Origin: Deltaproteobacteria bacterium
GTDB taxonomy: Bacteria > Desulfobacterota > Desulfobacteria > Desulfobacterales > JAFDCJ01
Reading direction: 5' to 3'
DNA length: 64,000 bases
Assembly: GCA_019312835.1 (NCBI GenBank)
Contig: JAFDCJ010000333.1
Location: 303-64,302, forward strand
Shown here piece by piece: positions 17,772-27,733 of the stretch. The notes under the pieces are model-generated. The model saw only the letters and a program-made list of their open reading frames with translations, was not told where the DNA came from and did not search any database. A program made the position numbers and the translations under genes. Each line of letters opens with the position of its first letter. The first letter of the stretch is position 1.

Positions 17772-19079
17772 GTGAGGAAAGCCCAGCCCCCGGATTTAAG
17801 CCAACGACTCAGCGAAGTTCTGGCCCGGACCACCCCGCTGTTGCCGCCGGATGAGTTGCGTGCCTACGTGCAATACCATTTTGACCGGCGGGATCTTTAC
17901 CTGGAAGTCCTTGAAAGGCACCCGCTTCCCCTGTACCTGCAGGAGTCATCCATTCTGAGGGATCGCGCCGGGCGGCTGAAGCGGGCCTTCCAAAAGGTTT
18001 TGCCCGCGGTTGGATTTTACTATGCTGTCAAGAGCAATAACCACCCTGATATTGCCCGGGTTCTGTTCGAGGCCGAATTTGGTCTGGATGTTTCCAGTGG
18101 GCTTGAACTGGAAATGGCTTTGAATCTTGGCGCAGCCGACATTATCTTTAGCGGTCCCGGGAAAACGGACCAAGAGCTGCATCTGGCCGTTGCGCACGCT
18201 GATCAGGTCGTGATTCTGATCGACAGTTTCGGTGAGCTGCGGCGGCTGGAAAGCATTGCGGCCGGGTTGAACCGGAATGTTCGCTGCGGGGTGCGTCTGA
18301 CCGTCAATCCGGATGGCCTGTGGCGTAAATTCGGTATTGTTGCCCAGGAGTTGCCGGCCTTCTATGATGCGGCCTGCCGCTGTGATCACATTCAACTGCT
18401 CGGGTTGCAATTTCATTCCAGTTGGAATCTTTCACCCGACCCCCAGGTTGCCTTTATCCAGCTGCTTGGCAAGGTGCTGGCGGATATGCCCGTTGAGTTT
18501 ATTACCCGAATCGAGTTTATCGATATCGGAGGAGGCTACTGGCCGGCTCAGGGCGAATGGCTGCAGGCCGCAGGGACGCCCGAAGGCAAACTGCAAGAGG
18601 CCCTCGGCAAGCGGGCCGGAGCGGTTGAAACCCACCACCGGTTCCCGGCCGCTACCATCGAAGCGTTCGCCGACAGAATCAGTGCCGCAATTCACGAGCA
18701 TCTTTTTCCGATCGTGGCATGCCGAATCTGTCTGGAGCCCGGACGCTGGATATGCAACGATGCCGTCCAGTTGCTGATTTCAGTTGTCGATAAAAAGGCA
18801 CCGGATCTGGTTATCACCGATGCCGGCACCAACACTGTCGGCTGGGAACGCTTCGAGACCGATTACTGTCCCATCCTGAATCTAACGCGTCCATCGTTGC
18901 ATGAAAAACCCTGCCACATCCTCGGCTCATTATGCACCCCTCATGACATCTGGGGGTACATGTACTTTGGCGATGATATCCAACCCGGCGACATTTTGCT
19001 GATTCCCGCCCAGGGCGCCTATACTTACAGTCTCAGGCAGCATTTTATCAAACCGCTGCCCTCTGTGGTTACGATCTAA
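17772..19079 (+). CDS. Fold-III PLP-dependent decarboxylase (LysA/ODC/BtrK-like)
   Basis: YYAVKSN PLP lysine, DVSSGLE, SGPGK, KFG, DIGGG, EPGR, GSLCTPHD, GAY. Confidence 0.9.
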   Translation: MRKAQPPDLSQRLSEVLARTTPLLPPDELRAYVQYHFDRRDLYLEVLERHPLPLYLQESSILRDRAGRLKRAFQKVLPAVGFYYAVKSNNHPDIARVLFEAEFGLDVSSGLELEMALNLGAADIIFSGPGKTDQELHLAVAHADQVVILIDSFGELRRLESIAAGLNRNVRCGVRLTVNPDGLWRKFGIVAQELPAFYDAACRCDHIQLLGLQFHSSWNLSPDPQVAFIQLLGKVLADMPVEFITRIEFIDIGGGYWPAQGEWLQAAGTPEGKLQEALGKRAGAVETHHRFPAATIEAFADRISAAIHEHLFPIVACRICLEPGRWICNDAVQLLISVVDKKAPDLVITDAGTNTVGWERFETDYCPILNLTRPSLHEKPCHILGSLCTPHDIWGYMYFGDDIQPGDILLIPAQGAYTYSLRQHFIKPLPSVVTI

Positions 19080-19207
19080 TCCGCCAGCAGAAAAAATTAA
19101 TTGAAAAAGTTCGGGGAAGAGAATATAACTTCCAAAAACCCGCTGAACATTTAATCCCGAGCCCCTTTTTACCTGAACCTTGAACCCCTGCGGAAAGGAG
19201 TTTGCCA

Positions 19208-20242
19208 ATGCCTTCATTTCCACGCCCCAGCCCCGATTTCAACTATGACCTGGCCCAGGAAAAAGCCTCCCTCGATTCATTGTTTGCCGAGCGGAATGTC
19301 CCCAGATCCAGCAGTGGACGCCTGCTGCTGGCCAGCTGGAACATCGCCAATCTCGGCGAGCAGAAAAGAGATCCCAAGGACCTGGAACTCATCGCCCACC
19401 TGATGTCGCGGTTTGATCTAATCGCGGTACAGGAGGTGAAAAGCAATCTGGTTCACCTCATGCAGATCGTCGATTACATGGGCGCCGGCTATGACTGGAT
19501 CATCAATGATGTGGCCGGCAACAATGAGCGTCTGGCGTTTGTCTTCAAGAAGAGAAAGGTAAAGCCCGGCAGACTGTTTGCCGAGATCGCTATTCCGGAA
19601 AAAGACTTTCCCCGCCACACGGTGGTGGTTCCTTACCTGGTCGCAAAACAACAGCGCGTTGACGTGTTTTACAATCTGCGATTCACGCCTTTTGACCGCA
19701 ATCCCTTCATCGGATCCTTTGAAAGCGGGGCCTTAAACTTCACCCTGGTGAACGTGCATCTTTATTTTGGCAGCTTCAAAGATTCCAAAAAGGTCGCCGA
19801 ACGCGCCAAATATGCCCGCCGCGTTCTGGAAATCTATACACTGGGCAAATGGGCCGGGTCGCGGGCCAGGGGCAGCACCACCTATGACCGTGACATCATT
19901 TTGCTGGGGGATATGAATGTACCCGCAATGAACAATGATGACGCCGCGTACCAGGCGCTGCTCAAATCGGGACTCATACCCCTCGATGCGCACTCCAAGG
20001 CCGGCGGCTCAAATCTAGACGGCAGCAAAACCTATGATCAGATGGCCATTACGCCGGGAGCGGTTCAAACTCGCACCCGAGGCTATGATGTCTTTGATTT
20101 CGACAATGCCGTTTTCAAAGACAAGTGGGATGAGCTCGAACAACAACACGGCCTTAAGGGTGCCAACCCCAAATTCAATAAGTATGTCAAATTTCATATT
20201 TCCGATCACAGGCCGTTGTGGATGGAATTAAATACCGAGTAA
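19208..20242 (+). CDS. Endonuclease/exonuclease/phosphatase (DNase I-like) family protein
   Basis: SWNIAN, FDLIAVQEV, VNVHL, LLGDMN, YDQ, SDHRP motifs; AAGGAG RBS. Confidence 0.9.
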   Translation: MPSFPRPSPDFNYDLAQEKASLDSLFAERNVPRSSSGRLLLASWNIANLGEQKRDPKDLELIAHLMSRFDLIAVQEVKSNLVHLMQIVDYMGAGYDWIINDVAGNNERLAFVFKKRKVKPGRLFAEIAIPEKDFPRHTVVVPYLVAKQQRVDVFYNLRFTPFDRNPFIGSFESGALNFTLVNVHLYFGSFKDSKKVAERAKYARRVLEIYTLGKWAGSRARGSTTYDRDIILLGDMNVPAMNNDDAAYQALLKSGLIPLDAHSKAGGSNLDGSKTYDQMAITPGAVQTRTRGYDVFDFDNAVFKDKWDELEQQHGLKGANPKFNKYVKFHISDHRPLWMELNTE

Positions 20243-20297
20243 CGATTAAAAGCCGGATAAGCAAAAAAACCACCTCGTGCCGTTCTATGGAGAATTG

Positions 20298-21449
20298 ATG
20301 GATATCGAACCACTCGCCGGCCGCGAGTACTTTCCTGCCATATCAAAATTTACCTATCTCAATGCGGCCTCGATTGCGCTGATGTTTAAAGGTGCCTGCG
20401 AGGCCGCCGTTGCCTGGCAAAGAGATCTGGCAGAAAACGGCACCCTTGGTTTCGACGAGGCCGCCGAGCAAAGTGTTTTTTCAGGCGTGCACGAGGCCTT
20501 CGCCAGGCTGATAGGGGCCACGGCCCGGGATATTGCCGTCGGGTCCAGCTTTACCGAGCTGGTGGCTTCACTGGCCTGGGCCATGATGCCCGCCAGGCCA
20601 GAAAATATCGTGGGCGTCGATGTGGTGTTTCCGAGTACGATTTATCCCTGGCTGAGGGTGGCCAACACCACCGGGTGTGAGATCCGTTTGCTGCGGACCA
20701 ACGACTACTATGCCGACGAAAACGAATTGGCAGGGCTTATCGATGACAATACCGCGGTTGTCGCCATCTCCCACGTTGAGTTTGGCAGCGGGCAACGCTA
20801 TGATCTGCAACGCCTGGCAGAAGTGGCCCACTCGCACGGCGCGCTGCTGGCGGTGGATGCCACCCAATCCGCCGGAGCGATCCCCATCGATGTATCCCGC
20901 GACGGGGTCGACATTCTGGTGGCCGCCGGCTACAAATGGCTTTGCGGCCCTTTTGGCGCGGCTGTCATGTATGTCGCGCCGCACCTGCAAACCCGATTTG
21001 AGCCCGGCCTGGCGGGTTTTCGAAGCCACACCGATATGTGGGATCTGCGGGCGGATCGTATCCAATATCGCGATGATGCCGGACGGTTCGAATTCGGCAC
21101 CATGGCTTACGGCTGCGCCCTGGGGTTGGCTGAAGCGATAAAATTCATCCTCAGCCTCGGGGTCGACGCCGTTTGCGCGCACGATTTCAAACTCAGGACA
21201 CGATTGGCAGAAGGCTTGAAGCAGCGAGGCGCCCAGCTGTTAAGCCCTGTTGAGGACACTGAGTGCAGCCCTATTGTCAGCGCGCGTTTTGCAGGCTTTT
21301 CATCGCGCCGTCTCGTTGATTCGTTGCGGCAACAGGATGTCATCGTTTCTCCGCGGGCAGACTTTGTGCGGTTTTCCCCGCACCTTTACAACAGCTCGGA
21401 TGACATCGATCATGCCCTGGAAGTATTGGACCGGGCCCTTGCCCCTTGA
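20298..21449 (+). CDS. Class V PLP-dependent aminotransferase / C-S lyase-like enzyme
   Basis: YLNAAS, DATQSAG, GYKWLCGP, FEFGT, RFSPHLYN; no SufS/IscS catalytic-Cys loop seen. Confidence 0.85.
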   Translation: MDIEPLAGREYFPAISKFTYLNAASIALMFKGACEAAVAWQRDLAENGTLGFDEAAEQSVFSGVHEAFARLIGATARDIAVGSSFTELVASLAWAMMPARPENIVGVDVVFPSTIYPWLRVANTTGCEIRLLRTNDYYADENELAGLIDDNTAVVAISHVEFGSGQRYDLQRLAEVAHSHGALLAVDATQSAGAIPIDVSRDGVDILVAAGYKWLCGPFGAAVMYVAPHLQTRFEPGLAGFRSHTDMWDLRADRIQYRDDAGRFEFGTMAYGCALGLAEAIKFILSLGVDAVCAHDFKLRTRLAEGLKQRGAQLLSPVEDTECSPIVSARFAGFSSRRLVDSLRQQDVIVSPRADFVRFSPHLYNSSDDIDHALEVLDRALAP

Positions 21450-21598
21450 TGGTCTGACGGGTCAGAGCCGGGGATGAATGTTTCAGCCGCGAAAAGGCTG
21501 ACATGGGCCGGCCAGCGCAGATACCCCGATCTTTAAGTTGCCGCAAAAGACATAGCCGCTGTCAATTTTAAAAAAAGCAACCCCGTCCTCCTTTCAAG

Positions 21599-21881
21599 AT
21601 GAATATATACGATAAGCAGATCTATCATTTCCTGGCGTTGGCTCTTCTTTTGCCGGGCGTATGCGCGTTCCAGGATGAGGGGGCTCGATCCGGCCGGATG
21701 CTTGGCCTACCGACCCATATCTGGTTTTGGCTTTCCGTGGCACTACCGATTGTGCACCAGATTTACGTCTGGTTTTGCTGGCGGATTCAGCCTTATGTAT
21801 ATCTGGGTACATTACTACACAACTGAATTGCCAGATATTCGGGTTATATATGATCGCCCCGACAAGCGGAACCTATCCTGA
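21599..21881 (+). pseudogene. Remnant of a PEMT/ICMT-like membrane methyltransferase-family gene with a large internal deletion and frameshift
   Basis: N-terminal part (...WFWLSVALPIVHQIYVWFCWR) in one frame joins directly to a C-terminal-like motif (YIWVHYYTTELPDIRVIY) in another frame near 21785. Confidence 0.55.
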
Positions 21882-21882
21882 T

Positions 21883-22389
21883 ATGGATGATATTCGTCAA
21901 TTCAAAGAATGGCAGCGTTTTTTTCAAGGCGCCGATGTCGTTGACGTTAAGACAATTGAAAGCCGGAATGATCTGCGAACCTTTGTCGCAGCATCATTTT
22001 CCTATCATCCGTGGTGGGTGGTGATGCTATACCGCATCAGGACCCTGATCGTGTGCGTTCTGGGTCTGGTAAAACATGAGGCGCCCGAACAACTTCCCGA
22101 TCTAAAACCCGCGCAGATCCCCTTTGCCCCCGGGGAGAAAGCCATTTTTTTTACGGTTCGATTGGCCAAAGAAGGCCATTACTGGATTGCCGAAACACCC
22201 CCGGACAAGCACTTAAAAGCCTATGTCGGCATCCTGGCCGAACCGTTGACCAGCGGTCTGAAGCGGTATTATCTTGTTACCATTGTGCACTACCTGCACT
22301 GGACCGGGCCGGTCTATTTCAATTTGATCAGGCCGTTTCACCACCTGGTGGTGGGCTGCATGGCGCGCGCCGGGGCCCGGGATTACTAA
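21883..22389 (+). CDS. DUF2867-family protein
   Basis: PWWVVMLYRIR, DKHL, TIVHYLHWTGPVYFNLIRPFHHLVV C-terminal pattern. Confidence 0.7.
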   Translation: MDDIRQFKEWQRFFQGADVVDVKTIESRNDLRTFVAASFSYHPWWVVMLYRIRTLIVCVLGLVKHEAPEQLPDLKPAQIPFAPGEKAIFFTVRLAKEGHYWIAETPPDKHLKAYVGILAEPLTSGLKRYYLVTIVHYLHWTGPVYFNLIRPFHHLVVGCMARAGARDY

Positions 22390-22483
22390 ATACTGGAGTG
22401 TTGGAGTACCGGAGTATTGGAGTAATGCTGTCCGGCTGAGTATCTTTCTACAATACGCCAATACGCCACCACTCCAATACTCC
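22388..22483. repeat. Octamer-based palindromic element (GGAGTATT / AATACTCC family)
   Basis: actggagtgttggagtaccggagtattggagtaatg ... caatacgccaatacgccaccactccaatactcc. Confidence 0.85.
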
Positions 22484-22557
22484 CTGATCGATAAACTTTA
22501 GACTATACTTATTGGCTTTTAACCAAATTTAGGGTGACGATTTGGAGGCTGCATACC

Positions 22558-22761
22558 ATGCCATTTGTGAACATTAAAATAACCAAAGAGGAAACCACCA
22601 CCGCGCAGAAGCAAGATCTGATCCAGGGCGTAACCAAACTGCTGGCGGATATTCTGGGGAAAAACCCCCAAACCACCGTGGTGGTGATTGAAGAAGTCGA
22701 CACGGATAACTGGGGAATTGAGGGTCAATCCGTTACGCTCAGAAGAAAACAGGGGCGATGA
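22558..22761 (+). CDS. 4-oxalocrotonate tautomerase family protein
   Basis: GGAGG RBS; M-P N-terminus (catalytic Pro1), QKQDLI, VVIEEV...NWGIEG. Confidence 0.9.
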   Translation: MPFVNIKITKEETTTAQKQDLIQGVTKLLADILGKNPQTTVVVIEEVDTDNWGIEGQSVTLRRKQGR

Positions 22762-22874
22762 CGCGATTGTCACGCCTGCCACCGACAGGAATCCCAAGGC
22801 ACCTGCTTATTGAACCCGGGATCCCTGATGAGCCCCAAACGCACCATCAGCTGTCTTCCGGTCTGTGATTGAAA

Positions 22875-23135
22875 ATGAAAATCGTCCTTGCGACCTGCGG
22901 AACGCGGGGAGACATTCAGCCGCTGATGGCCCTGGCGCGAGCCCTGACTCGGCGGAGCCATACGGCTGTCATTGCGGCACCCCCGGGGAGAACGGGACCT
23001 GGGTTGAGACCTGCGGTTGCGCTTTTGAGGCGCTGGGCAGCGACTTTACCGCCATGCTCAGGGGCCATGCCCACGTGATCGTGGCCCTGATTCTGACCAG
23101 CCTGAGGCAGACAGGACAGCGGGGTATCGTGACCG
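22875..23135 (+). pseudogene. GT1/GT28-type (sterol glucosyltransferase-like) glycosyltransferase remnant
   Basis: MKIVLATCGTRGDIQPLMALA...HTAVIAAPP, frameshift near 22985 to ENGTWVETCGCAF, then a jump to a mid-protein-like LILTSLRQTGQRGI segment and truncation. Confidence 0.7.
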
Positions 23136-23222
23136 AGCCTCCCAGATCGCATCAGAAATCAGGCAACGGGACAGTCAAAGGCTTGCAGTTGATTATATCG
23201 AAAAAACCTATCTCAGCGGGAC

Positions 23223-26200
23223 TCAATCGGATGGATTCGATCCATCCGGCACGACCTGAACTTTAAGCGGTCTGTCGGCATCCAGATGGACATCCCGCTG
23301 CGGAAACGCAATGACAATGCCTGCTTTGCGGAACTCGCGGTCGATGGCCTTGTGAATTTCATGCTGGACGGGCAGGCGATGGTCGATATTGTTGATAAAC
23401 AGGCGCAGCTCGAAATTGAGGCTGTTGTCCCCGAAGCCGAGAAAATAGGCGGTCGGTCTGGGCTCTTTGAGCACCATGGGATTTTCATCGAGTACCTTCA
23501 ACAATAGTTTTTCGGTCAGCTCGGTGTCGGAGCCATAGGCAATACCGACCCTGATGATAAAGCGCGAGATCGGGTCCGACAGGGACCAGTTGATCAGCCG
23601 GCCGGTGATAAATTCCTTGTTGGGAACGATCAGCTCCTTGCGGTCCCAGTCCAAAACGGTGGTGGCCCGGATCCGAATCCGCGAAACCGTACCGCTGACT
23701 TCGCCGATGGTAACCGTATCTCCTACCCTGAAGGGCCTTTCAAACAAAACAATCAGGCCGCAGATGAAATTGGCCACGATTTCCTGCAAGCCGAACCCGA
23801 GCCCGACCCCCAGGGCGGCAATCAACCACTGGACGCTCGACCATTTAAAGCCGATGGTGTTGAAAGCCAGAATGATTCCGATGACCGTGATGGCATAGCG
23901 GCATACACTGGTAAAGGCATAGCGTGCCCCGGCGTCCATGGGCAGGCGGTTCAGAACCGTGATTTCGAGCAATCCCGGCAGATTGCGCGAGGCGATGACC
24001 ATGATGACAATTACCACGATGGCCATGATGAGATTGGCGAGGCTGATGGGTATCGCTGTGGCCACCCCGTCGACGGTGCCGCTGTAGCTCCAGAGGTGGA
24101 TGTCATTCAAGATGCCAAAAGCCGGGAAAACGGGTTCCCAGATGGCCCATAATCCCAGGGCAACGAGGACAAACATGACGGTTCGCAGCAATGATTGGGT
24201 CTGCTCGCTGATTTCGGCCAGACCGATTTCGTGATCGGCGGGAGGCGGCGGTTTGTCTTCATCGGTCACGGCCGCAGGCTGACCGGTGGTGATCTTTCGA
24301 TCTGCGGCCTGCTGTGCTTCCCTCTTGCGCTGGGCTTCGCGCCGTGCGAACCTCCGACGCGCGATGGTCAGCCAGCGCAGCGCCAGGCTGTTGAACACGA
24401 TCAGGCTCATCAGCAACGCTACGGTCATCCCAATGTACTCCCGCAGCTGCAAGGCTGACAGAAAATAACCGCCGGCCACCAGGGCGGCCAGGACCAGCGG
24501 CAATCCCACGGCCACCGGCCACCAGATATACCGCAGCCGCGCCAACCAGCCGGTAGGGTAATTTTTTAACAGGGCCGTTACGACGCCCCCTGAGAATCTC
24601 AGAATGCGCCCGAAAAAAGCTGAGAGGGCGAGCACCTGAACGATCAATGCGAGTTTGGCCATTGAATCCCCGAATTCAATTTCCTGGACGGCCGCCATGG
24701 CATAGACCAGAAAGGCGGTTAGGATCTCGACCGGCGTAAACCACCACAGGTTCAGGCGCAAGCTATGCCGAATCTGATCATTCCATCGAAAATGAGTGTG
24801 GGCCAGGCCGTTGCGCCGGACAAGGTGGTAGAAAAATCTGAGCCCCACCAAATATCCGGCGGCAGGTACCAATCCGTTCGCAATGGCACGGGTAAAGTCA
24901 TGCGCCCCCGGTAAATGCAGCAGTTGCCAGCCCAGAAAAAACATCAAAACCGCAAAGCCCACCGCCAAATAGGCGGTTAGTGCCAGTACCCAGACGGTCA
25001 GCAGAATACGGTCCTCTTGCGGTATTTTGACCTTTGCGGCTATCTGGGAAATCTTGCGGCGCGCCCGTCTGCGTCCGAACAAAAACACGGCGATCACAAT
25101 CAAACCCAATGTCCACTCGCCTGTCTGAGCCCTGGAAGAATCGTATAGGTTGCCTGCAAACAACTTCCAGTTGGCGGGGTTCAGCAATTCCTGCGAAACC
25201 GCAAGACTATTTTTCAGGTCGGTCAGGTTGATAATACTGGAACTCCGAATCCAAACCAGATGGGCGTCCAGAAAATCGGCATACGCTTTGGCCCTCGCAA
25301 CCAGCTGCTGATCGGCAAACTCCAGGTTTTGCAGGGCTTTGAAGTACTGATTGTACCCGGCCTGCAGTTTAGCCAGCAGCATTCGCCGGTCGTTTAGCAT
25401 ATCGCGGACTTCGGGTCTAAGCTTTTCGGCTGTATCCGGTTTCAGGTAAACCAGTGAATCGATGATTTCGTCGATCCTTGATTCCACGTCGGTCAGCTCC
25501 CGGCGCTCGCGCTCCAGCCTGTACTGGATTTCTCGAATTTCACTCATCTTCCGTTTTCGTTCGTACGATCCCCGTTGATACTTATCCACGCTGGGAAGCA
25601 GCTGGCGTTGTCGGCGCAGGGCCATACCGATGGTCTCGGTTAACACCAGGCTTTCGACCCTTTCGGTTGCCAGAGCAAAATCCTCCTCGATTTCCTTCAA
25701 TTGAGTGTTAACCTTATCGAGTTCGCTGGTGGTGGCTGTCGCCTGCTCGGCCAGTTTTTCGAGTTCCGCACTGAGGGCAATGTTGATGTCGTATTGATCC
25801 TTGAGCGCTGTTGCCAACTCGGGCGCTTTGTCCCTGGCCTCTTCGGCATCCTGCCGCACCTTGGCGGCCTCTTCCTGTACTTGCTCGGTGACCTCTGCCT
25901 GCCAGGCTTTGACCAGGGCTTCACGCCTGGTTACTTCCCTGGTTGCCAGCTCATGCTCAGCCATTGCCAGGGACAATAGTATTTCCTGGCTGTTCAGTTG
26001 CTGTTCGTTTAATTTGATTTCGGCTTTCAGCTTGAGTTGCTCTGCGAGCAGCATCAGGCGGCGGGATTCGGCTACCACAGCGGGGGTAGGGCCATCGGTT
26101 TGGGACTGCAATTCTTGGTCGACTGTTTTGAGGCGCCCTTTGGCAGTGGCAATATTTTGGGGAAGGTGCCCGAGGAGCTCCTTTAGCTTGCTGATTTGAT

Positions 26201-26696
26201 CATACCAGGCGGTCTTGGCGTCTTTGGCGACAGCGAGTTGTGCAATTTCTTCCTGCAGCACTTGTGCAAGCTCGAGGGTGCTTTTTCCGGCCGTTTTGGC
26301 GGTGCCTGTTTCTGGCGGCCGAATGGGTCGGATTAATTCGGATTTGATTGTTGCGATTCTCTGCGGAGCCGTATTTATCTGCTCCAAGAGGTTTTTGGAT
26401 TGTTGCTCATATTCATCAAACGATTTGCGAAAGCTGATGGCGCGGTCGAGTATTTTGATGGCATTTTCTTTCTCGGCACCGCCCAAGTTCTCAGATCCTT
26501 CCACCTCGCTGCGTTTCAACTGGAGTTTATCCATGGACAGGTCCGCGGCAGATTGCGCGGTTGCCGCGGGCGGTGTGGCGGAAGTTCCGGCAGGCGCATC
26601 CTGGCCGTTGACGGTGGAAGGATCCAGGCCAGTCATCAGTAAAACCAGGGCCGCCATTATGCCCAGAGATCGACGCATCGAATGTTTAAACATCAT
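23223..26696 (-). CDS. Large MscK/KefA-type mechanosensitive channel
   Basis: Signal peptide, long coiled-coil periplasmic region, multiple TM helices, ALGVGLGFGLQEIVANF, RPFRVGD, IRIRAT, VPNKEF, AFPQRDVH. Confidence 0.9.
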   Translation of the reverse strand: MMFKHSMRRSLGIMAALVLLMTGLDPSTVNGQDAPAGTSATPPAATAQSAADLSMDKLQLKRSEVEGSENLGGAEKENAIKILDRAISFRKSFDEYEQQSKNLLEQINTAPQRIATIKSELIRPIRPPETGTAKTAGKSTLELAQVLQEEIAQLAVAKDAKTAWYDQISKLKELLGHLPQNIATAKGRLKTVDQELQSQTDGPTPAVVAESRRLMLLAEQLKLKAEIKLNEQQLNSQEILLSLAMAEHELATREVTRREALVKAWQAEVTEQVQEEAAKVRQDAEEARDKAPELATALKDQYDINIALSAELEKLAEQATATTSELDKVNTQLKEIEEDFALATERVESLVLTETIGMALRRQRQLLPSVDKYQRGSYERKRKMSEIREIQYRLERERRELTDVESRIDEIIDSLVYLKPDTAEKLRPEVRDMLNDRRMLLAKLQAGYNQYFKALQNLEFADQQLVARAKAYADFLDAHLVWIRSSSIINLTDLKNSLAVSQELLNPANWKLFAGNLYDSSRAQTGEWTLGLIVIAVFLFGRRRARRKISQIAAKVKIPQEDRILLTVWVLALTAYLAVGFAVLMFFLGWQLLHLPGAHDFTRAIANGLVPAAGYLVGLRFFYHLVRRNGLAHTHFRWNDQIRHSLRLNLWWFTPVEILTAFLVYAMAAVQEIEFGDSMAKLALIVQVLALSAFFGRILRFSGGVVTALLKNYPTGWLARLRYIWWPVAVGLPLVLAALVAGGYFLSALQLREYIGMTVALLMSLIVFNSLALRWLTIARRRFARREAQRKREAQQAADRKITTGQPAAVTDEDKPPPPADHEIGLAEISEQTQSLLRTVMFVLVALGLWAIWEPVFPAFGILNDIHLWSYSGTVDGVATAIPISLANLIMAIVVIVIMVIASRNLPGLLEITVLNRLPMDAGARYAFTSVCRYAITVIGIILAFNTIGFKWSSVQWLIAALGVGLGFGLQEIVANFICGLIVLFERPFRVGDTVTIGEVSGTVSRIRIRATTVLDWDRKELIVPNKEFITGRLINWSLSDPISRFIIRVGIAYGSDTELTEKLLLKVLDENPMVLKEPRPTAYFLGFGDNSLNFELRLFINNIDHRLPVQHEIHKAIDREFRKAGIVIAFPQRDVHLDADRPLKVQVVPDGSNPSD

Positions 26697-26880
26697 ATTT
26701 CTCCCTGTAAATCTTACCCTTGGAAATTTTAGCAACGCTTCGGGTTCGTCTGGATAGCGTCTAGCAATATTATCAACACCGTTCGATGAAAATTAATCCA
26801 GATTATATCGCCTGATTTCAAAAAGAAAAGGATTAAATATAAGCCTGGGTAAACAGCCAAGCGAATTGGTTGCAGCGGGC

Positions 26881-26909
26881 TTGACCGGCTCGGCCACGAC
26901 TGGTAGATT
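26881..26909 (+). promoter_or_regulatory. sigma70-type promoter for the cysteine hydrolase gene
   Basis: TTGACC-17 nt-TAGATT, 47 nt upstream of ATG 26957. Confidence 0.5.
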
Positions 26910-26956
26910 AATCCGGACCAGTCAGAATTTACTCAATACCCAAAACGGAGGGCACC

Positions 26957-27505
26957 ATGAAGACAGGCCTTGTTCTGGTTGATATACAGAACGATTACTT
27001 TCCGGGGGGACGGATGGAGCTGGTGGGAATTTCAGCGGCGGGTCGAAAGGCCCGTGAGCTGTTGGCCGTTTTTAGGGATAACGGCTGGCCGACCTTTCAC
27101 ATTCAGCATATATCCGTCCGTGAAGGCGCCACCTTTTTTTTGCCGGACACCCCCGGCGTTGCGATTCACGACTGTATTAAGCCCCACCCGGATGAGACGG
27201 TGGTTCAAAAGCATTATCCCAACAGTTTTCGTGATACCGTTCTTCTGGAAGAACTAAAAAAAATCCAGGTCGAGCAATTGGCGATCTGCGGCGCCATGAG
27301 CCACATGTGTATTGACGCCACCGTCCGGGCGGGTTTTGACCTCGGGTTCAAATGCCAGGTGATTGAGGATGCCTGCGCCACGCGCGCTCTGGAATTCGGG
27401 GGCCGGACCATTGCCGCCCGGCAGGTCCATGGTGCCTTCATGGCGGCGCTGGGATCGGCTTATGCCAACGTCTTATCGCTGGCAGCATTTAAGTCCAGTC
27501 TGTGA
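26957..27505 (+). CDS. Cysteine hydrolase (isochorismatase family)
   Basis: LVLVDIQNDYF, KHYPNSF, GAMSHMCIDAT (Asp-Lys-Cys triad). Confidence 0.92.
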   Translation: MKTGLVLVDIQNDYFPGGRMELVGISAAGRKARELLAVFRDNGWPTFHIQHISVREGATFFLPDTPGVAIHDCIKPHPDETVVQKHYPNSFRDTVLLEELKKIQVEQLAICGAMSHMCIDATVRAGFDLGFKCQVIEDACATRALEFGGRTIAARQVHGAFMAALGSAYANVLSLAAFKSSL

Positions 27506-27733
27506 AGGCCTCCGAAAAAACCGATCCAAATAATTCCTTGACATTTTTGCCGAATCCGATATTACCGATTTCAGTACGGCTGATTTTCGCTGTCTCAGAC
27601 CTGTATCCCAATCTCTTGAATCGGCCTTTCACGCATCTTATCGCATCCTAGTCATCCGAAATGATTCAAGCGTGTGTCATCGTTTCAGGCGTCAGATGAT
27701 TAACCCGGTTAATCCAAAGGAAAGGAGCAACCC

